The notes: generated from the letters alone by a model not told the origin. Positions 8,393-20,163 are shown, numbered from the stretch's first letter. The stretch is 64,000 nt of DNA from an uncultured Candidatus Solibacter sp. (GCA_964478395.1 CAYZIX010000002.1:29761-93760); one strand, 5' to 3'. Program-made: numbers and translations.

Positions 8393-9820
8393 ATGCGCTA
8401 CTTCACTTTTCGCAATCTGGCCGAACTGGCCGAGACGGCTCGCACGCTGGGTGCGGAGTCCGTCCACTTTGAAAACGACCCGGACCGTATGCGAGCCGCA
8501 CTGGCGCGCCCGGTCCGGGTCGGTTCATTTACTGTGGGCAATTCCATGGCGATCCACCCGATGGAGGGCTGCGATGGCACGTTGGAAGGACGCCCCGATG
8601 AGCTCACCTGGCGGCGCTACGAGCGTTTTGCGCGCGGCGGTGCCAAGCTGATCTGGTTCGAGGCCACAGCCGTGCACCCGGATGGACGCGCCAACCCGCG
8701 CCAACTGTGGCTGCACGAAGCAACGGTTGACGAGTTCGCACGCCTGCTCGAAATGATGCGCCGCACCCACACGGAAAGCTGCGGCTCGACCGGCGATCTG
8801 TTGATCCCAATCCAACTGACGCATTCAGGCCGTTATTCCGCGCCCAGGCGCATCATCGTCTATCACAACCCGCTGATCGACCAGAAAACCGCGACGCCCT
8901 CCGACTATCCGGTAATCACGGACGATGAACTGGAGCGGCTGGAAGACGATTACGTCACTGCCGCCGGGCTGGCCCTGCGCGCCGGTTTCGACACCGTGGA
9001 CGTCAAGGCGACACACGGCTACCTACTGAGCGAACTGCTGGGCGCCAAAACGCGCGAAGGCCGTTATGGCGGCAGCCTGGAGAATCGCACGCGATTCTTC
9101 AAAAATGTTTTTGCAAAAATTCGCGACCGCTTCGGCAAGCGTCTGCGGCTGGTGATGCGGCTGGGCTGCTTTGATTCGGTGCCGTACGTCCTGGGAGACA
9201 GCGCCACCGGCCAGCCGTTGTCCTACCCGATTCCCTACCCGTGGGGCTGGGGCGTTGATCCGAACAACCCGCTGGAGCCGGACCTCACTGAGGTGAAACA
9301 GGCCATCGCATGGTTCCGCGAGTGGGGTGTCGAACTGTTGAACGTGAGCCTGGGCAGCCCCTACTACAACCCGCACATCGGACGGCCGTTTGAAAAGCCA
9401 GACGAGGGCAACTATGAGCAGCCCGAACACCCGCTGGTGGGTGTCAACCGCCACTTCCGCGTGGCCGCCGAATTGCAGCGCACATTCCCGGACCTGCCGA
9501 TGGTTGGCACCGGTTATAGCTGGCTGCAACGCTTTGCGCCACACGCCGGGGCATATAACATCGAGCAGGGTGCCATCACGTTCTTCGGCTTGGGACGCGC
9601 CGTGCTATCGTACCCGGACTTCGCGCACGACCTGCTGGAGAAGGGCGAGTTGGACGACCGCAAGGTATGCAAGACGCTCACCTACTGCACGTACCTGATG
9701 CGGCAGAAGAACCATCCACTAGGGCAGTTCCCGGCCGGCTGCCCGCCGTTCGACAAGGAAGTCTACGGGCCGCAGATCAAACTGGCGCGCGAATCGCGCC
9801 GCAAGACGGGACAAGAGTAG
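8393..9820 (+). CDS. NADH:flavin oxidoreductase (Old Yellow Enzyme family)
   Basis: HPMEGCDG, WFEATAV, QLTHSGRY, KATHGYLLSELL, RYGGSLENRTRF; C-terminal CKTLTYC. Confidence 0.88.
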   Translation: MRYFTFRNLAELAETARTLGAESVHFENDPDRMRAALARPVRVGSFTVGNSMAIHPMEGCDGTLEGRPDELTWRRYERFARGGAKLIWFEATAVHPDGRANPRQLWLHEATVDEFARLLEMMRRTHTESCGSTGDLLIPIQLTHSGRYSAPRRIIVYHNPLIDQKTATPSDYPVITDDELERLEDDYVTAAGLALRAGFDTVDVKATHGYLLSELLGAKTREGRYGGSLENRTRFFKNVFAKIRDRFGKRLRLVMRLGCFDSVPYVLGDSATGQPLSYPIPYPWGWGVDPNNPLEPDLTEVKQAIAWFREWGVELLNVSLGSPYYNPHIGRPFEKPDEGNYEQPEHPLVGVNRHFRVAAELQRTFPDLPMVGTGYSWLQRFAPHAGAYNIEQGAITFFGLGRAVLSYPDFAHDLLEKGELDDRKVCKTLTYCTYLMRQKNHPLGQFPAGCPPFDKEVYGPQIKLARESRRKTGQE

Positions 9821-9824
9821 ACGG

Positions 9825-12236
9825 CTATTCGCGCAGTGCGCGGCCAGGGTCGATACGCGCGGCCCGGCGCGCCGGGAACACGCAAGCCGCCGCGCCAACT
9901 ACCAGAATGCTGGCTGCCACGGCGGCAAAGGTAAGCGGATCAAAAGGCTCGACGCCATAGAGCATCTGACGCAGCGCCTGCGTGGCCAGCGGAGCCGCGG
10001 AAAGCCCGGCCAGCAGGCCGGCCACCGTCAGGCCAAGGCCCTGGCGGACCACCATCTTGAGCACGTTTTGCGGCGTGGCGCCCAGCGCCATCCGGATACC
10101 GATTTCACGCCCACGTTGCGCCACGGCCACTGCCAGCACGCCATATAACCCGATGGCGGCCAGCACCACGGCCAGGCCGGCAAAGGCCACCAGCATCACC
10201 ATGGCCAACTGCTGTTGGCTGATGGAACGCTCCAGCATCACCTCCAGTGGTGTGACGCGGTCCAGCGGTGTTTCCGGATCAATCTCAAAGACGGCGCGCC
10301 GGGCCGGCTCAGCCAGCGCCGCGGCCGGCCCGGTCGTCTTCAACACTAAAAACATAAACGACCACGGACGTTGTTGATGTGGCTGGTAAATCACAGCCGC
10401 CGGAGATTCACCCGGCCGGCGTTGCGCCATGTCGTTCACTACGCCGATCACGCGCGCGGTCACTTCGGGCTGCTCCGTGATATGCAAACTGATGCTGTGG
10501 CCCACCGCATCCTGGCCCGGAAAATACTTTTTGGCCAGACTTTCGCTGACAATGACCACCGGCGGCGCCGTAGCATCGTCCGCATCGGAGAAATCGCGCC
10601 CGCTCAACAGGCGCGCGCCGACGGTCTGGAAATAGCGGGGTGTCGCCGTATTGTAGTGAGCCAGCGGCCGCGAACCCATCTGCACCGCATCCGGCGAAAA
10701 CTCCGCCATCCAGTTGTCGACTCCGATCAGCGGCGGCAGAACGGCCCCACCAGCGTCAACGACGCCCGGCAGAGTGCGTAAGCGCTCCACCACACGGCGC
10801 ACAAACAGCGCCCGGGAAGGATCGTCGGGATGGCGCACCGGCGAGATCATCACGCGCATGCTCAACACCCCTTCGGGGCGGAAACCCGCGTTGGTGCGAA
10901 TCAGCCCGCTATATGTGCGCAGCAGCAGGCCCGCCGCCACCAGCAGGATGACTGACATCGCCACTTCGCTCACCACCAGCAGCGAGCGCATCAGGCTGCG
11001 CCCGGCGCCGCCCGAACTGCCGCGCGACTCCTCACCCAGCACACGCGACAGATTCAAACGCAGCGTCTGCCAAGCCGGAGCGATGCCGAAGAGAACTCCG
11101 GCCAGCATGGCCACCACCAACGTAAACAGCAGCACGTTCGGGCTGAGCGAAAGCTCGCTGATACGCGGCAGCCGCAGCGCGCCCCACCCGCGCGCCACAC
11201 GCACGCACCACGCCGCCAGCACGAGCCCGGCCATGGCGCCAGCCAATGCCAGTAGCACGCTTTCCAGCAGCATCTGACGAAAAATGCGCCACTGTGACGC
11301 GCCCAACGCAGAGCGTATGGCTACCTCGCGGGCGCGTGCCGCCCCGCGAACCAGCAACAGGCTGGCCAGATTGGCGCAGGCAATCAGCAACACCAAGCCC
11401 ACCGCCGCCGCCAGCACGCCCAGCGGCTGTGCTGCGTCGCCGCGCACGCGGCTCATCATCGTCACAAGCCGAATTTCCTGACCTGCGTTCGAGGCCGGAA
11501 AGCGCTCAGCCATGGAGCGCGACCGCGCCAGCAGCTCCGCACCGGCCTGTTCCGCCGTCACTCCGTCGCGCAACCGCCCCACCGTCACGGCCATGCGTGC
11601 GTTACGCATGGTCAGCAGTTCGGGCTCATAGGGCAACGGCAGATAGACATCCGGCGGCCGCACCTCCCCCCGCAGAGGCGGCAGAACGCCCGCCACCAAG
11701 TGATCTTCACGCTCCAGCCGGATTGTCTGGCCGACAATTGACGCATCGCCGCCAAAACGATTCACCCACAAATTATTCGAAAGAATTACGGCTTGGTTGT
11801 GCCGTGGCTCAAATTCAGTCTCTACAAAACGGCGGCCCAGCATCGGCTCAATACCGAGAGTTTCAAAATAGTCACGCGATACAAAGGCGCCCATCAATGT
11901 CAGGGGTTCGCCGCGTCCGGTCATAGTAACCGGCTGAAACATTGATGCGCCAAGCGAAGAACACGTACGCAACGTATGTTCCAATTCAGCAAATTCAGGA
12001 ACGCTTAATTCGGATGGCGGGCGGCCTTTTAGCGTATCCCGCACCGACAAATAGTAGAGCCGGTCGAGGTCACGGTAGGGCACCGGCTTCAGCAGAACGC
12101 TGTCTACCAGGCTGAAGATTGCGCTATTCGCGCCGATACCCAGGGCCAGCAAAAAGATAGCCGCCAAGCTGAAGCCGGGCTGGCGTGCCAACAGACGCAC
12201 GGCGTACCGAATATCTTCCCACCAAGAAGAGAGCAT
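9825..12236 (-). CDS. ABC permease, MacB/FtsX-like, ADOP (acidobacterial duplicated orphan permease) type
   Basis: Begins MLSSWWEDIRYAVRLLARQPGF; two FtsX modules (REVAIRSALGAS, REIGIRMALGA); ends AARIDPGRALRE. Confidence 0.92.
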   Translation of the reverse strand: MLSSWWEDIRYAVRLLARQPGFSLAAIFLLALGIGANSAIFSLVDSVLLKPVPYRDLDRLYYLSVRDTLKGRPPSELSVPEFAELEHTLRTCSSLGASMFQPVTMTGRGEPLTLMGAFVSRDYFETLGIEPMLGRRFVETEFEPRHNQAVILSNNLWVNRFGGDASIVGQTIRLEREDHLVAGVLPPLRGEVRPPDVYLPLPYEPELLTMRNARMAVTVGRLRDGVTAEQAGAELLARSRSMAERFPASNAGQEIRLVTMMSRVRGDAAQPLGVLAAAVGLVLLIACANLASLLLVRGAARAREVAIRSALGASQWRIFRQMLLESVLLALAGAMAGLVLAAWCVRVARGWGALRLPRISELSLSPNVLLFTLVVAMLAGVLFGIAPAWQTLRLNLSRVLGEESRGSSGGAGRSLMRSLLVVSEVAMSVILLVAAGLLLRTYSGLIRTNAGFRPEGVLSMRVMISPVRHPDDPSRALFVRRVVERLRTLPGVVDAGGAVLPPLIGVDNWMAEFSPDAVQMGSRPLAHYNTATPRYFQTVGARLLSGRDFSDADDATAPPVVIVSESLAKKYFPGQDAVGHSISLHITEQPEVTARVIGVVNDMAQRRPGESPAAVIYQPHQQRPWSFMFLVLKTTGPAAALAEPARRAVFEIDPETPLDRVTPLEVMLERSISQQQLAMVMLVAFAGLAVVLAAIGLYGVLAVAVAQRGREIGIRMALGATPQNVLKMVVRQGLGLTVAGLLAGLSAAPLATQALRQMLYGVEPFDPLTFAAVAASILVVGAAACVFPARRAARIDPGRALRE

Positions 12237-12288
12237 ACGTTCTCGCAGATGGGAGTATTTTATCTCATATTTGCCAATAAAGGCAGAT

Positions 12289-13632
12289 TTACCGAGGCAA
12301 CGACAGCCGCGCCCGGCAACCGCGCGTAGCGGCGCGGTTCTCCAGCTCCAAGGAACCGCCATGCGCTTCGGCCACCTGGCGCGCCAATAAGAGCCCGATG
12401 CCCGAACCACCAGGCTTGGTAGTGAAGAAGGGCACGAACAGATTGGCGGTGTTGGCGAGCCCCAGGCCATCGTCGTCCACCACCAGCGTGATGCTCTGCG
12501 CATCCTGCACCCAACTGACACGCACGCCCCCACCGGTTTCCAGCGCCGCATCGGCAGCATTGCGGACAAGGTTGATTAACGCTTGTTCCAGTAGGTCGGC
12601 ATCGGCACGGACAACGACGGCTGGACTCTCCACAACTTGCACCGGCCGCCGCATTTCGAGGCTGGCCACCCGGCGCACCAGCGGCTCCAGCTCCACCTCC
12701 ACCGGCTTGGGCCGCGGCAGCCGCGCCAGTTGCGAGTAGGCGCCGATGAAGCGCGCCAGCGACTCCGAACGCGACGCAATGACGGCCAGCCCGTCGCGCA
12801 TATCCTGCTCCCAATCGTCCGGACGCCGCTCTGCCGCAAGAATGCGCCCCAGGCTGCCGGCGATCGATTGGATCGGCGCCAGCGAATTGTTCAGCTCGTG
12901 ACCCAGCACCCGCACCAGTCGCTGCCATGCCTGTAACTCTTCGTCGCGCAGTGCGCGCGTCACGTCGGTCACCACCAGCAGCGTGTGCCGGCGGCCCGAT
13001 TCGCGAAACTCGCCGCGCCGTACGCTCCAGCGGCCCGTCCCGCCTGGAAACGCGCGCGCCACGGCCACGGCCGGATCGTCGTGCTCAATCAGATCGTCCA
13101 GCTCAAGTGTTTCCGCCGCCCGTCCCAGCAGAGCCTCTGGCGCCTCGCCCATCAACCGCGCGCCGGCGCGATTGACGAACTTCAGCGAACGTTCACCGTC
13201 AAATGTAAACACGGCGACGTCGATTTCATGCATTACCTTTCCGAGCAGCGCCGCGGCCTCCACCGCGCCCAAACGTTGCGCGCGCAGTGTCGCGCCGATG
13301 GCGTTCACCTGTTCGATCACTTCGCCGAGCGCGTCATCCGGCCCAGCGCCACGGCCGCGAATGGAGTAGTCGCCTTCGCGGATTGCCTCTAGAAGATTGG
13401 CTAACGTGCGCAAGGGGTTCACCACTCGCTCACGAGCCGCCACCGCGCACCCGAACCAAGTGCAGACAATCAGCAGCGTCATCGTCCAGCGGGCTTTGTC
13501 GGAGAAGGTTTCGCCGCTCCACAGGACGGCGAAAGCAAAGACGGCCGATACAGCACCAGCGGCAAGCGCCCAAAGCAGCACGCGGTTTTCAAGCGCCTGC
13601 GCCCAACGCGCCAGCCTGCGGCGGCTTGTCAT
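12289..13632 (-). CDS. Sensor histidine kinase (NtrB/NtrY-like, PAS)
   Basis: Two N-terminal TM segments, H-box GHELNNSL, N-box LINLVRNA, DDDGLG, FVPFFTTK, GSGIGL. Confidence 0.93.
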   Translation of the reverse strand: MTSRRRLARWAQALENRVLLWALAAGAVSAVFAFAVLWSGETFSDKARWTMTLLIVCTWFGCAVAARERVVNPLRTLANLLEAIREGDYSIRGRGAGPDDALGEVIEQVNAIGATLRAQRLGAVEAAALLGKVMHEIDVAVFTFDGERSLKFVNRAGARLMGEAPEALLGRAAETLELDDLIEHDDPAVAVARAFPGGTGRWSVRRGEFRESGRRHTLLVVTDVTRALRDEELQAWQRLVRVLGHELNNSLAPIQSIAGSLGRILAAERRPDDWEQDMRDGLAVIASRSESLARFIGAYSQLARLPRPKPVEVELEPLVRRVASLEMRRPVQVVESPAVVVRADADLLEQALINLVRNAADAALETGGGVRVSWVQDAQSITLVVDDDGLGLANTANLFVPFFTTKPGGSGIGLLLARQVAEAHGGSLELENRAATRGCRARLSLPR

Positions 13633-14996
13633 ATGCCGTAGCGTTGTATGCGCCGGTAGAGCGCGCTGCGGCTGAGGCCCAACGCTCCGGCGGCTTGGCT
13701 GACATTACCCGAATAGCGCGAAAGCGCCTTGCGGATGAGAAACGCCTCCACCTCTTCAAGGCTCATCTCCTCCAGGCGTCCACGCGATTCATGCGTCTCG
13801 CGCAGCGCCATATCGGCCACCGCGACGGTTTCACCGCGCGCCATCAACACGGCACGTTCCACCACATGACTCAACTCGCGCACATTGCCGGGCCAGGCGT
13901 ATTCGGTCAGCGCGGCCAGCGCCGCGGCGTCAAAGCCCGTCACCGGCTTGCGGTAACGGCGGGCCACGCGCGCCAACGCATGTGCGGCCAGCGCCGGAAT
14001 GTCCTCACGCCGCTCGCGCAACGGTGGCAAGTGGATTTCGATGGTATTCAGACGGAACAGCAGATCCTGCCGGAACCGGCCTTGCGCCACCTCCTCATGC
14101 AAGTTGGCGTTGGTGGCCGAGATGACGCGGGCGTCCACCTGGCGTGTGCGCGAAGAGCCGACCCGCTCCATCTCGCCCGTTTCCAGCACGCGCAGCAGCT
14201 TGGCTTGCAGGTTAAACGGCAGATTGGCGATCTCGTCGAGGAAGATGGTTGCGCCGTCGGCCATTTCAAAGCGGCCGACGCGGTCGGACTTCGCGTCGGT
14301 GAACGCGCCCTTGACGTGGCCAAACAGCTCACTCTCAAAGATGCCCTCAGCCAACCCGCCCATATTCACCGTCACCATCGGGCGCGCCGCGCGGCCACCG
14401 ACCGCGTGCAGCGTGCGCGCCACCACTTCCTTGCCCGTTCCGGGCTCGCCGGTGATCAGGATGTTGGCATCAGATGGGCCGACGCGTTCAATCAGGTCGA
14501 TCACCGGCCGCATGGACGGCGCCGTAGCTATCATCACCGGCCTGCCGTCTCCGGCCAGCAACCGGTTTTCCGCTTCCAGCCGTGCACCACGCTTCAGCGC
14601 AGAACCCAGCTCCAATTGCGTTTTGATGATGGTGAGCAGGCGTGCGTTATCCCACGGCTTCTGTACGAAATCCTTCGCGCCACGGCGCATCGCCTCCACG
14701 GCCAGCTCCACGCTGCCCCACGCCGTCATCACCACCACGCCCAAAGCCGGATCAATCTGGCGCACGCGCGCAATCAGCTCCAGCCCCTCTTCGCCGGACG
14801 TCGTATCCCGCGTGTAATTGAGGTCGGCCACCAGCAGGTCGTACTCGCGCCGTTCCAGCGCCGCAATCACGGCCTGCGGGCTGGTAGCCGTATCAAGCGC
14901 ATAGCCTTCGGGCTTCAACAGTAGCCGCAGCGCGGCCAGCACGTCTTCCTGGTCGTCGGCCACCAGCAGGCGCGGCTGGTCCGTACGCGCACTCAT
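13629..14996 (-). CDS. Sigma54-dependent response regulator (NtrC family)
   Basis: Receiver ADD...DLN...FVQKPW; GEPGTGKE, ESELFGHVKGAFTDA, FLDEI, WPGNVREL; C-terminal HTH. Confidence 0.95.
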   Translation of the reverse strand: MSARTDQPRLLVADDQEDVLAALRLLLKPEGYALDTATSPQAVIAALERREYDLLVADLNYTRDTTSGEEGLELIARVRQIDPALGVVVMTAWGSVELAVEAMRRGAKDFVQKPWDNARLLTIIKTQLELGSALKRGARLEAENRLLAGDGRPVMIATAPSMRPVIDLIERVGPSDANILITGEPGTGKEVVARTLHAVGGRAARPMVTVNMGGLAEGIFESELFGHVKGAFTDAKSDRVGRFEMADGATIFLDEIANLPFNLQAKLLRVLETGEMERVGSSRTRQVDARVISATNANLHEEVAQGRFRQDLLFRLNTIEIHLPPLRERREDIPALAAHALARVARRYRKPVTGFDAAALAALTEYAWPGNVRELSHVVERAVLMARGETVAVADMALRETHESRGRLEEMSLEEVEAFLIRKALSRYSGNVSQAAGALGLSRSALYRRIQRYGI

Positions 14997-15664
14997 GCCG
15001 TCGCGCTCTCCAGCCAGCCGTCAGCCAGGCGCACAATGCGGTGCGCGTAAGCGGCGTTCGTCTCTGAGTGTGTCACCATCACAATGGTCGTGCCAGCCTC
15101 GTTCAGTTTCTTGAACATCTCCATGATCTCGATGCCCTGTGAGCTGTGCAAGTTGCCCGTGGGCTCGTCGGCCAGAATGATGGCCGGATTGGCGATCATG
15201 GCGCGCGCTACGCCCACTAGTTGCTGCTGCCCGCCGGACAGTTGCGACGGATACAGATCCTTCTTGCCAACAATCTGGAAGCGGTCCAGCACATCGGCCA
15301 CCAGCGCCTGCCGGTCGGACTTCTTCATGTCGCGGTAGCTGAGCGGAACGTCCAGGTTTTCGGCTACCGTGAGATCGTCCAGCAGGTGATAGCTTTGGAA
15401 CACAAAGCCGAAATAGCGCTTGTAAATCTCCATCCTTTTCTTACGGTCCAGCTTGTGGATGGCGTGGTCCAGAAGGTAATATTCGCCCGTCCAGGCCGCA
15501 TCGTGCATACCCAGCACGTGCAGTAACGTCGATTTTCCGGCTCCGGACGGCCCCATGATGGCGATGAAGTCACCGGCTTGAATATCCAACGAAACACGGC
15601 GCAGGACGTAGAAGCGGTCCGGTCCCTGCTGGTAGAATTTTTCGATGTTTTTCAGAGAAATCAT
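14993..15664 (-). CDS. ABC transporter ATP-binding protein (MacB/LolD-like)
   Basis: GPSGAGKST, LSGGQQQ, ILADEPTGNL. Confidence 0.95.
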   Translation of the reverse strand: MISLKNIEKFYQQGPDRFYVLRRVSLDIQAGDFIAIMGPSGAGKSTLLHVLGMHDAAWTGEYYLLDHAIHKLDRKKRMEIYKRYFGFVFQSYHLLDDLTVAENLDVPLSYRDMKKSDRQALVADVLDRFQIVGKKDLYPSQLSGGQQQLVGVARAMIANPAIILADEPTGNLHSSQGIEIMEMFKKLNEAGTTIVMVTHSETNAAYAHRIVRLADGWLESATA

Positions 15665-15670
15665 TGTCGT

Positions 15671-18082
15671 TTATTCGTGCCGTAGCGCCTCCACCGGGTC
15701 GATGCGCGCGGCGCTCCGCGCCGGCCCCAGCGAGGCCAGGGCCGCCAGCGCCACCAGCACCAGCGGCATCAGCAGACAGGCTAACACCTCGTCCGAGCGT
15801 ACACCGAACAGCAGGCTGGCGAGCAAGCGTGCGCCGGCATAGGCCGCCGGCAGACCAACAGCAATACCGATGCCGAGCGTGACTGCCGACCGGCGCAACG
15901 CAGCCCACAGGATGCCGGCTTGGCTGGCGCCCAGCGCCATACGCACGCCGATTTCGCGCCGCCGCTCATTCACCTGCCAGCTCATTTGCGCATAGATGCC
16001 AACCATTGCCAGCAGTGCACCCACAATCGCGAGCTGCGTCAGCATCCGGGCCAGTGCGGCAATACCCGCCGTCGTATCATCCAGCAACTGACGGTAAGAG
16101 CCCATGCGCAACACGGGCTGACGTGGATCAATGGAACGCACCACACCGCGCACCGCGGGAGCCAATTCAAGCGCATTGCCACGCGCGCGCACAGCCACGT
16201 CAAAGCCGCCCCAGCCGGCCTGCTGATAGGACTGATAGACCACCGGAGCCGGTTCGCGTTGCGTCACGTCGTAGAGCAAGTCGTTGACCACACCCACGAT
16301 TTCGCGCGGCCGGCCGTCGCCCAGATCCAACCGTTCCCCCAATGCCGAACGCCCGGCGAAGTAGCGCCGCGCGAAACTCTGATTCACCAGCAACACCGGG
16401 GGCGTCTGATCGCTTTCTGTCTCGGCAAACAGTCGGCCTTCCACCGCGCCAGCGCCCTGCTCAGCGAAGAAACTACGCGAGACCGCCTCCACCTGTACTT
16501 CCCGCCGCGGCGCACCAGGCTCGGCCGGCCGGCCTACGATATTCAGCGGCGCCCATTGCGTTCCGGCGTCAGCGCCAGGCAGCGTACTGGCCAGCGCGAC
16601 GCCGGCAACTCCCGGCATGACGCGAAGTTTCTCGATCAACGTGTTCTCAAAGCGGGCCACTGCGGCGTGACCTTCATAGCGCTCACGCGGCAACACGACA
16701 CGGAAGGTGAGCGTATGATCCAGGTCGGCTCGCAGATCAAGATGACGAACGCGCTCAAAACCGCGCGCCATCAGGCCGGCACCCACCAGCAGCACCAATG
16801 CGAATGCGGCCTGCATCGCCACCAGCGCCATACGCAGTCGCCCGCGGCTACCCGTCGCGGTGCGGCCCACCTCGTGCAAACCGGCCGCCAACGCGCGCGA
16901 GCGGCTCAACCACCAGCCGGGAGCAGCCGCCGAAAAGAGCCCGGCCAACGCGGCGGTCAGTGCCGTCCACGCCACCACATATCCGTTCAACCCCAGCCGG
17001 TACCACGCCGGCAGGTGGCGTTGCGTTTCGGCCGGCAGTGTTGCGCGGGTCACATCCAGAATCCACGACGCCATCAGCGCACCCAGCGCCGCGCCGGCTG
17101 CCGCGATGATCAACGCCTCAATCACAACCTGGGCCAGCAGGTTGCCGCGCGACGCGCCCAGCGCACTGCGGATGGAAAACTCATGCGCACGGCTGAGCAC
17201 CCGCGCCAGTTGCAGCCCCGAAACATTCGCGCACGCCACCAGCAGCAATAGCAGCGCTGAACCGATGGCCAGACGCATGTAGGGTGGCATCAAGTTACCG
17301 GAGATGACCTCGCGCACCAGCGAAACGTCGGTCGACACCTTGCCGTGCGACGACGGATAGCGCGCCGACATGCGCTCGCCGATGGCCTGCAATTCGGCGC
17401 GCGCCTCACCCAGCCCGACGCCCGGCCGTAGCCGGGCAATCGAGCGCAGGTAGAAGTTCGCATCGTTCTGTAGAGCGTCCGGGGCCAGCACCAGCGGTGT
17501 CCACAAATCGCTCGGCGCCGGATAGGCAAAGCCTTCGCGCGCCACGCCCACCACGCGCACGCGCCGGCCGTTCAGCTCAATTTCGCGGCCCACCACCGCT
17601 GGGTCGCCGCCGAACTGGCGCTTCCAAAGGCGGTAAGCGACAACTGCCACACGCTCGTCGCCAGCCTTCTCCTCGGCAGGTGTGAACGCCCGGCCCAACT
17701 CCAGCGGCATGCGGATGGCATCGAAGAAGCTCGCCGTAACACGGCAACCACGCACCGCCAGCGGGTCTCCCGCACCGGTCAACGTAGCATCGTAGCCACG
17801 CGTGAGTGCCAGCTTTTCCACTGTGCGCGCCGAGCGTTGCCACTCGGCAAAATCCGCGCCGCTCATGCTGTACCAGGGTCGGCCCGTCTCGCGCATGCGG
17901 CCGTGGATCATCACCACCTGATCGAGCCCCTCCACCGGCAGCGGCCGGTAGAGCAGCACGTCGGCCACCGAGTAGGTCACGGTGACAAAGCCGATGCCAA
18001 GCGACAAAGCCAGAATAGCCACCGCCGTGGACGACGGCGTCTTCAGCAGCCGCCGGAACGCATGGCCGACTTCACTTCCCAT
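15671..18082 (-). CDS. ABC permease, ADOP type
   Basis: MGSEVGHAFRRLLKTP; duplicated FtsX modules; ends ARIDPVEALRHE. RBS GGAGG before ATG 18082. Confidence 0.92.
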   Translation of the reverse strand: MGSEVGHAFRRLLKTPSSTAVAILALSLGIGFVTVTYSVADVLLYRPLPVEGLDQVVMIHGRMRETGRPWYSMSGADFAEWQRSARTVEKLALTRGYDATLTGAGDPLAVRGCRVTASFFDAIRMPLELGRAFTPAEEKAGDERVAVVAYRLWKRQFGGDPAVVGREIELNGRRVRVVGVAREGFAYPAPSDLWTPLVLAPDALQNDANFYLRSIARLRPGVGLGEARAELQAIGERMSARYPSSHGKVSTDVSLVREVISGNLMPPYMRLAIGSALLLLLVACANVSGLQLARVLSRAHEFSIRSALGASRGNLLAQVVIEALIIAAAGAALGALMASWILDVTRATLPAETQRHLPAWYRLGLNGYVVAWTALTAALAGLFSAAAPGWWLSRSRALAAGLHEVGRTATGSRGRLRMALVAMQAAFALVLLVGAGLMARGFERVRHLDLRADLDHTLTFRVVLPRERYEGHAAVARFENTLIEKLRVMPGVAGVALASTLPGADAGTQWAPLNIVGRPAEPGAPRREVQVEAVSRSFFAEQGAGAVEGRLFAETESDQTPPVLLVNQSFARRYFAGRSALGERLDLGDGRPREIVGVVNDLLYDVTQREPAPVVYQSYQQAGWGGFDVAVRARGNALELAPAVRGVVRSIDPRQPVLRMGSYRQLLDDTTAGIAALARMLTQLAIVGALLAMVGIYAQMSWQVNERRREIGVRMALGASQAGILWAALRRSAVTLGIGIAVGLPAAYAGARLLASLLFGVRSDEVLACLLMPLVLVALAALASLGPARSAARIDPVEALRHE

Positions 18083-18190
18083 GACTCGCCTCCGCTCAAA
18101 CGCAGATCGTGATTGAAGACCCGTTGAGCAGCCAGACAATCAACGCGGCCAGCGCCACAATATCCGGATTTTCGCGTAGTAGCCGTTCCA

Positions 18191-18889
<699 letters not shown>

Positions 18890-18909
18890 ACTCGCTCGTG
18901 CTGGCTCCT

Positions 18910-20163
18910 TTAATTCAGGCGCAGGCGGTCGTGACCGTCCCAGGCGGACATATCCGACAGCACCACTTTGTCGCCCACCTTCAACCCGTCCAGAATTTCC
19001 ACTGTTTGGACGCTGACGCGTCCAATGCGTACCTGAACGCGCGTCGCCTCCTTGCCGTCCGGCGACACCTTGAACAGTCCGATCAGGCTGTTCGGTTGGC
19101 CGAAAACAGGCCTCTGCACGTACAGTACGTTTGAAAGGCGCTCCAGTTCCACAGTTCCATCAACACTCAGGTCTGGACGCGCGCCGCTGGGCAGTGCGCC
19201 TTCCAGCCGGATGTCCACCGTCACATTGCCGTTCACCGCGGCCGGATCGATACGCGAAACATGGCCAGCAATCACGCCGTTGTGCGTGTCCACCTCAGCC
19301 ACTTGGCCGATTAGCACATCCTTGGCCTGCGTTTCCGGGATCTTGATCTCCGCCTTCAGCTTCTCCGGCTGCGCCACCTTGGCCAGAATCGTTCCCGGCG
19401 CAAGTTGCTGGCCAACCTCCACCGGCAGCTGCTGCAACACGCCATGCGTGCCCGCGCGAATGGTCAGGCCCTCCACCTGCTTGCGTTTCAGCTCATAGGC
19501 GGCTCGCAGTTTTTCAATCTGCACACGCTGCGCCGCCAACTGCGCCTCGGCCGACGTGGAGCTGATCTCCAGCCGCTTACGGTCAAGCTCCAGCCGCTTG
19601 GCTGCTTCTTCATTCGCGGCCTGCGACAGCTTCACCGTCAGATCGGGCAGCAACCCTTCCTTGCCCAGTTCGGCGTCGCGCTCCGCCTTCAGCTTGTTCT
19701 GCACATGCTCGCTTTCGGTGCGCGCCACGGTAGAGCGCATGTCGAGCTTGGCCGTGTCGAGCTTCACCTGTAAATCCTTGTAGGTGGCTTCCGCCGCCTT
19801 GACCTGCCACTTGAAATCCTCGGCATCCAACTGTAGCTGCGGATTGGACAGCACCATCAGAACGGTCTTGGGTTCCACCTTCGCGCCGGGCCGCAGCACA
19901 ATCTTCTCCACGCGGCCCTCATTGATAGCAGGAATCCACAGAATCTCTTCCGGCACCAGCGTACCCAGGCCGCGCACCTGCCGCAGCATCGGCCCGCGTT
20001 TCACCGTATCGGTCCAGAGCGTGCCGCTTTCCACCGACGGCGCGGCCGGCTTCAGCCGCGCCAGGGCAAAAGTGATCAGCGGAATGGAGCCCACTATGAT
20101 GACCCCGAAAATCGTCCGTCGAATGATTCTCTGCCGTCTCGCGCCTTCGCGTGGAACATCCAT
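18910..20163 (-). CDS. HlyD/MacA-family periplasmic adaptor subunit
   Basis: One TM segment, VKRGPMLRQVRGLG, coiled-coil hairpin, GHVSRIDP; start at ATG 20163 after GGAGAG. Confidence 0.9.
   Translation of the reverse strand: MDVPREGARRQRIIRRTIFGVIIVGSIPLITFALARLKPAAPSVESGTLWTDTVKRGPMLRQVRGLGTLVPEEILWIPAINEGRVEKIVLRPGAKVEPKTVLMVLSNPQLQLDAEDFKWQVKAAEATYKDLQVKLDTAKLDMRSTVARTESEHVQNKLKAERDAELGKEGLLPDLTVKLSQAANEEAAKRLELDRKRLEISSTSAEAQLAAQRVQIEKLRAAYELKRKQVEGLTIRAGTHGVLQQLPVEVGQQLAPGTILAKVAQPEKLKAEIKIPETQAKDVLIGQVAEVDTHNGVIAGHVSRIDPAAVNGNVTVDIRLEGALPSGARPDLSVDGTVELERLSNVLYVQRPVFGQPNSLIGLFKVSPDGKEATRVQVRIGRVSVQTVEILDGLKVGDKVVLSDMSAWDGHDRLRLN

Noticed and set aside
12237-12569. 914-aa version of the permease with a 111-aa N-terminal extension
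   Set aside because: The extension overlaps the kinase gene in another frame; family similarity begins at Met 12236.
13287-14924. Long ORF-track ORFs antisense to real genes (e.g. 13287-14924+, 22076-23572+, 34398-35414-, 42241-43731+, 55614-57125+)
   Set aside because: They lie opposite well-supported genes and have no motifs; such shadow ORFs are expected in high-GC DNA.
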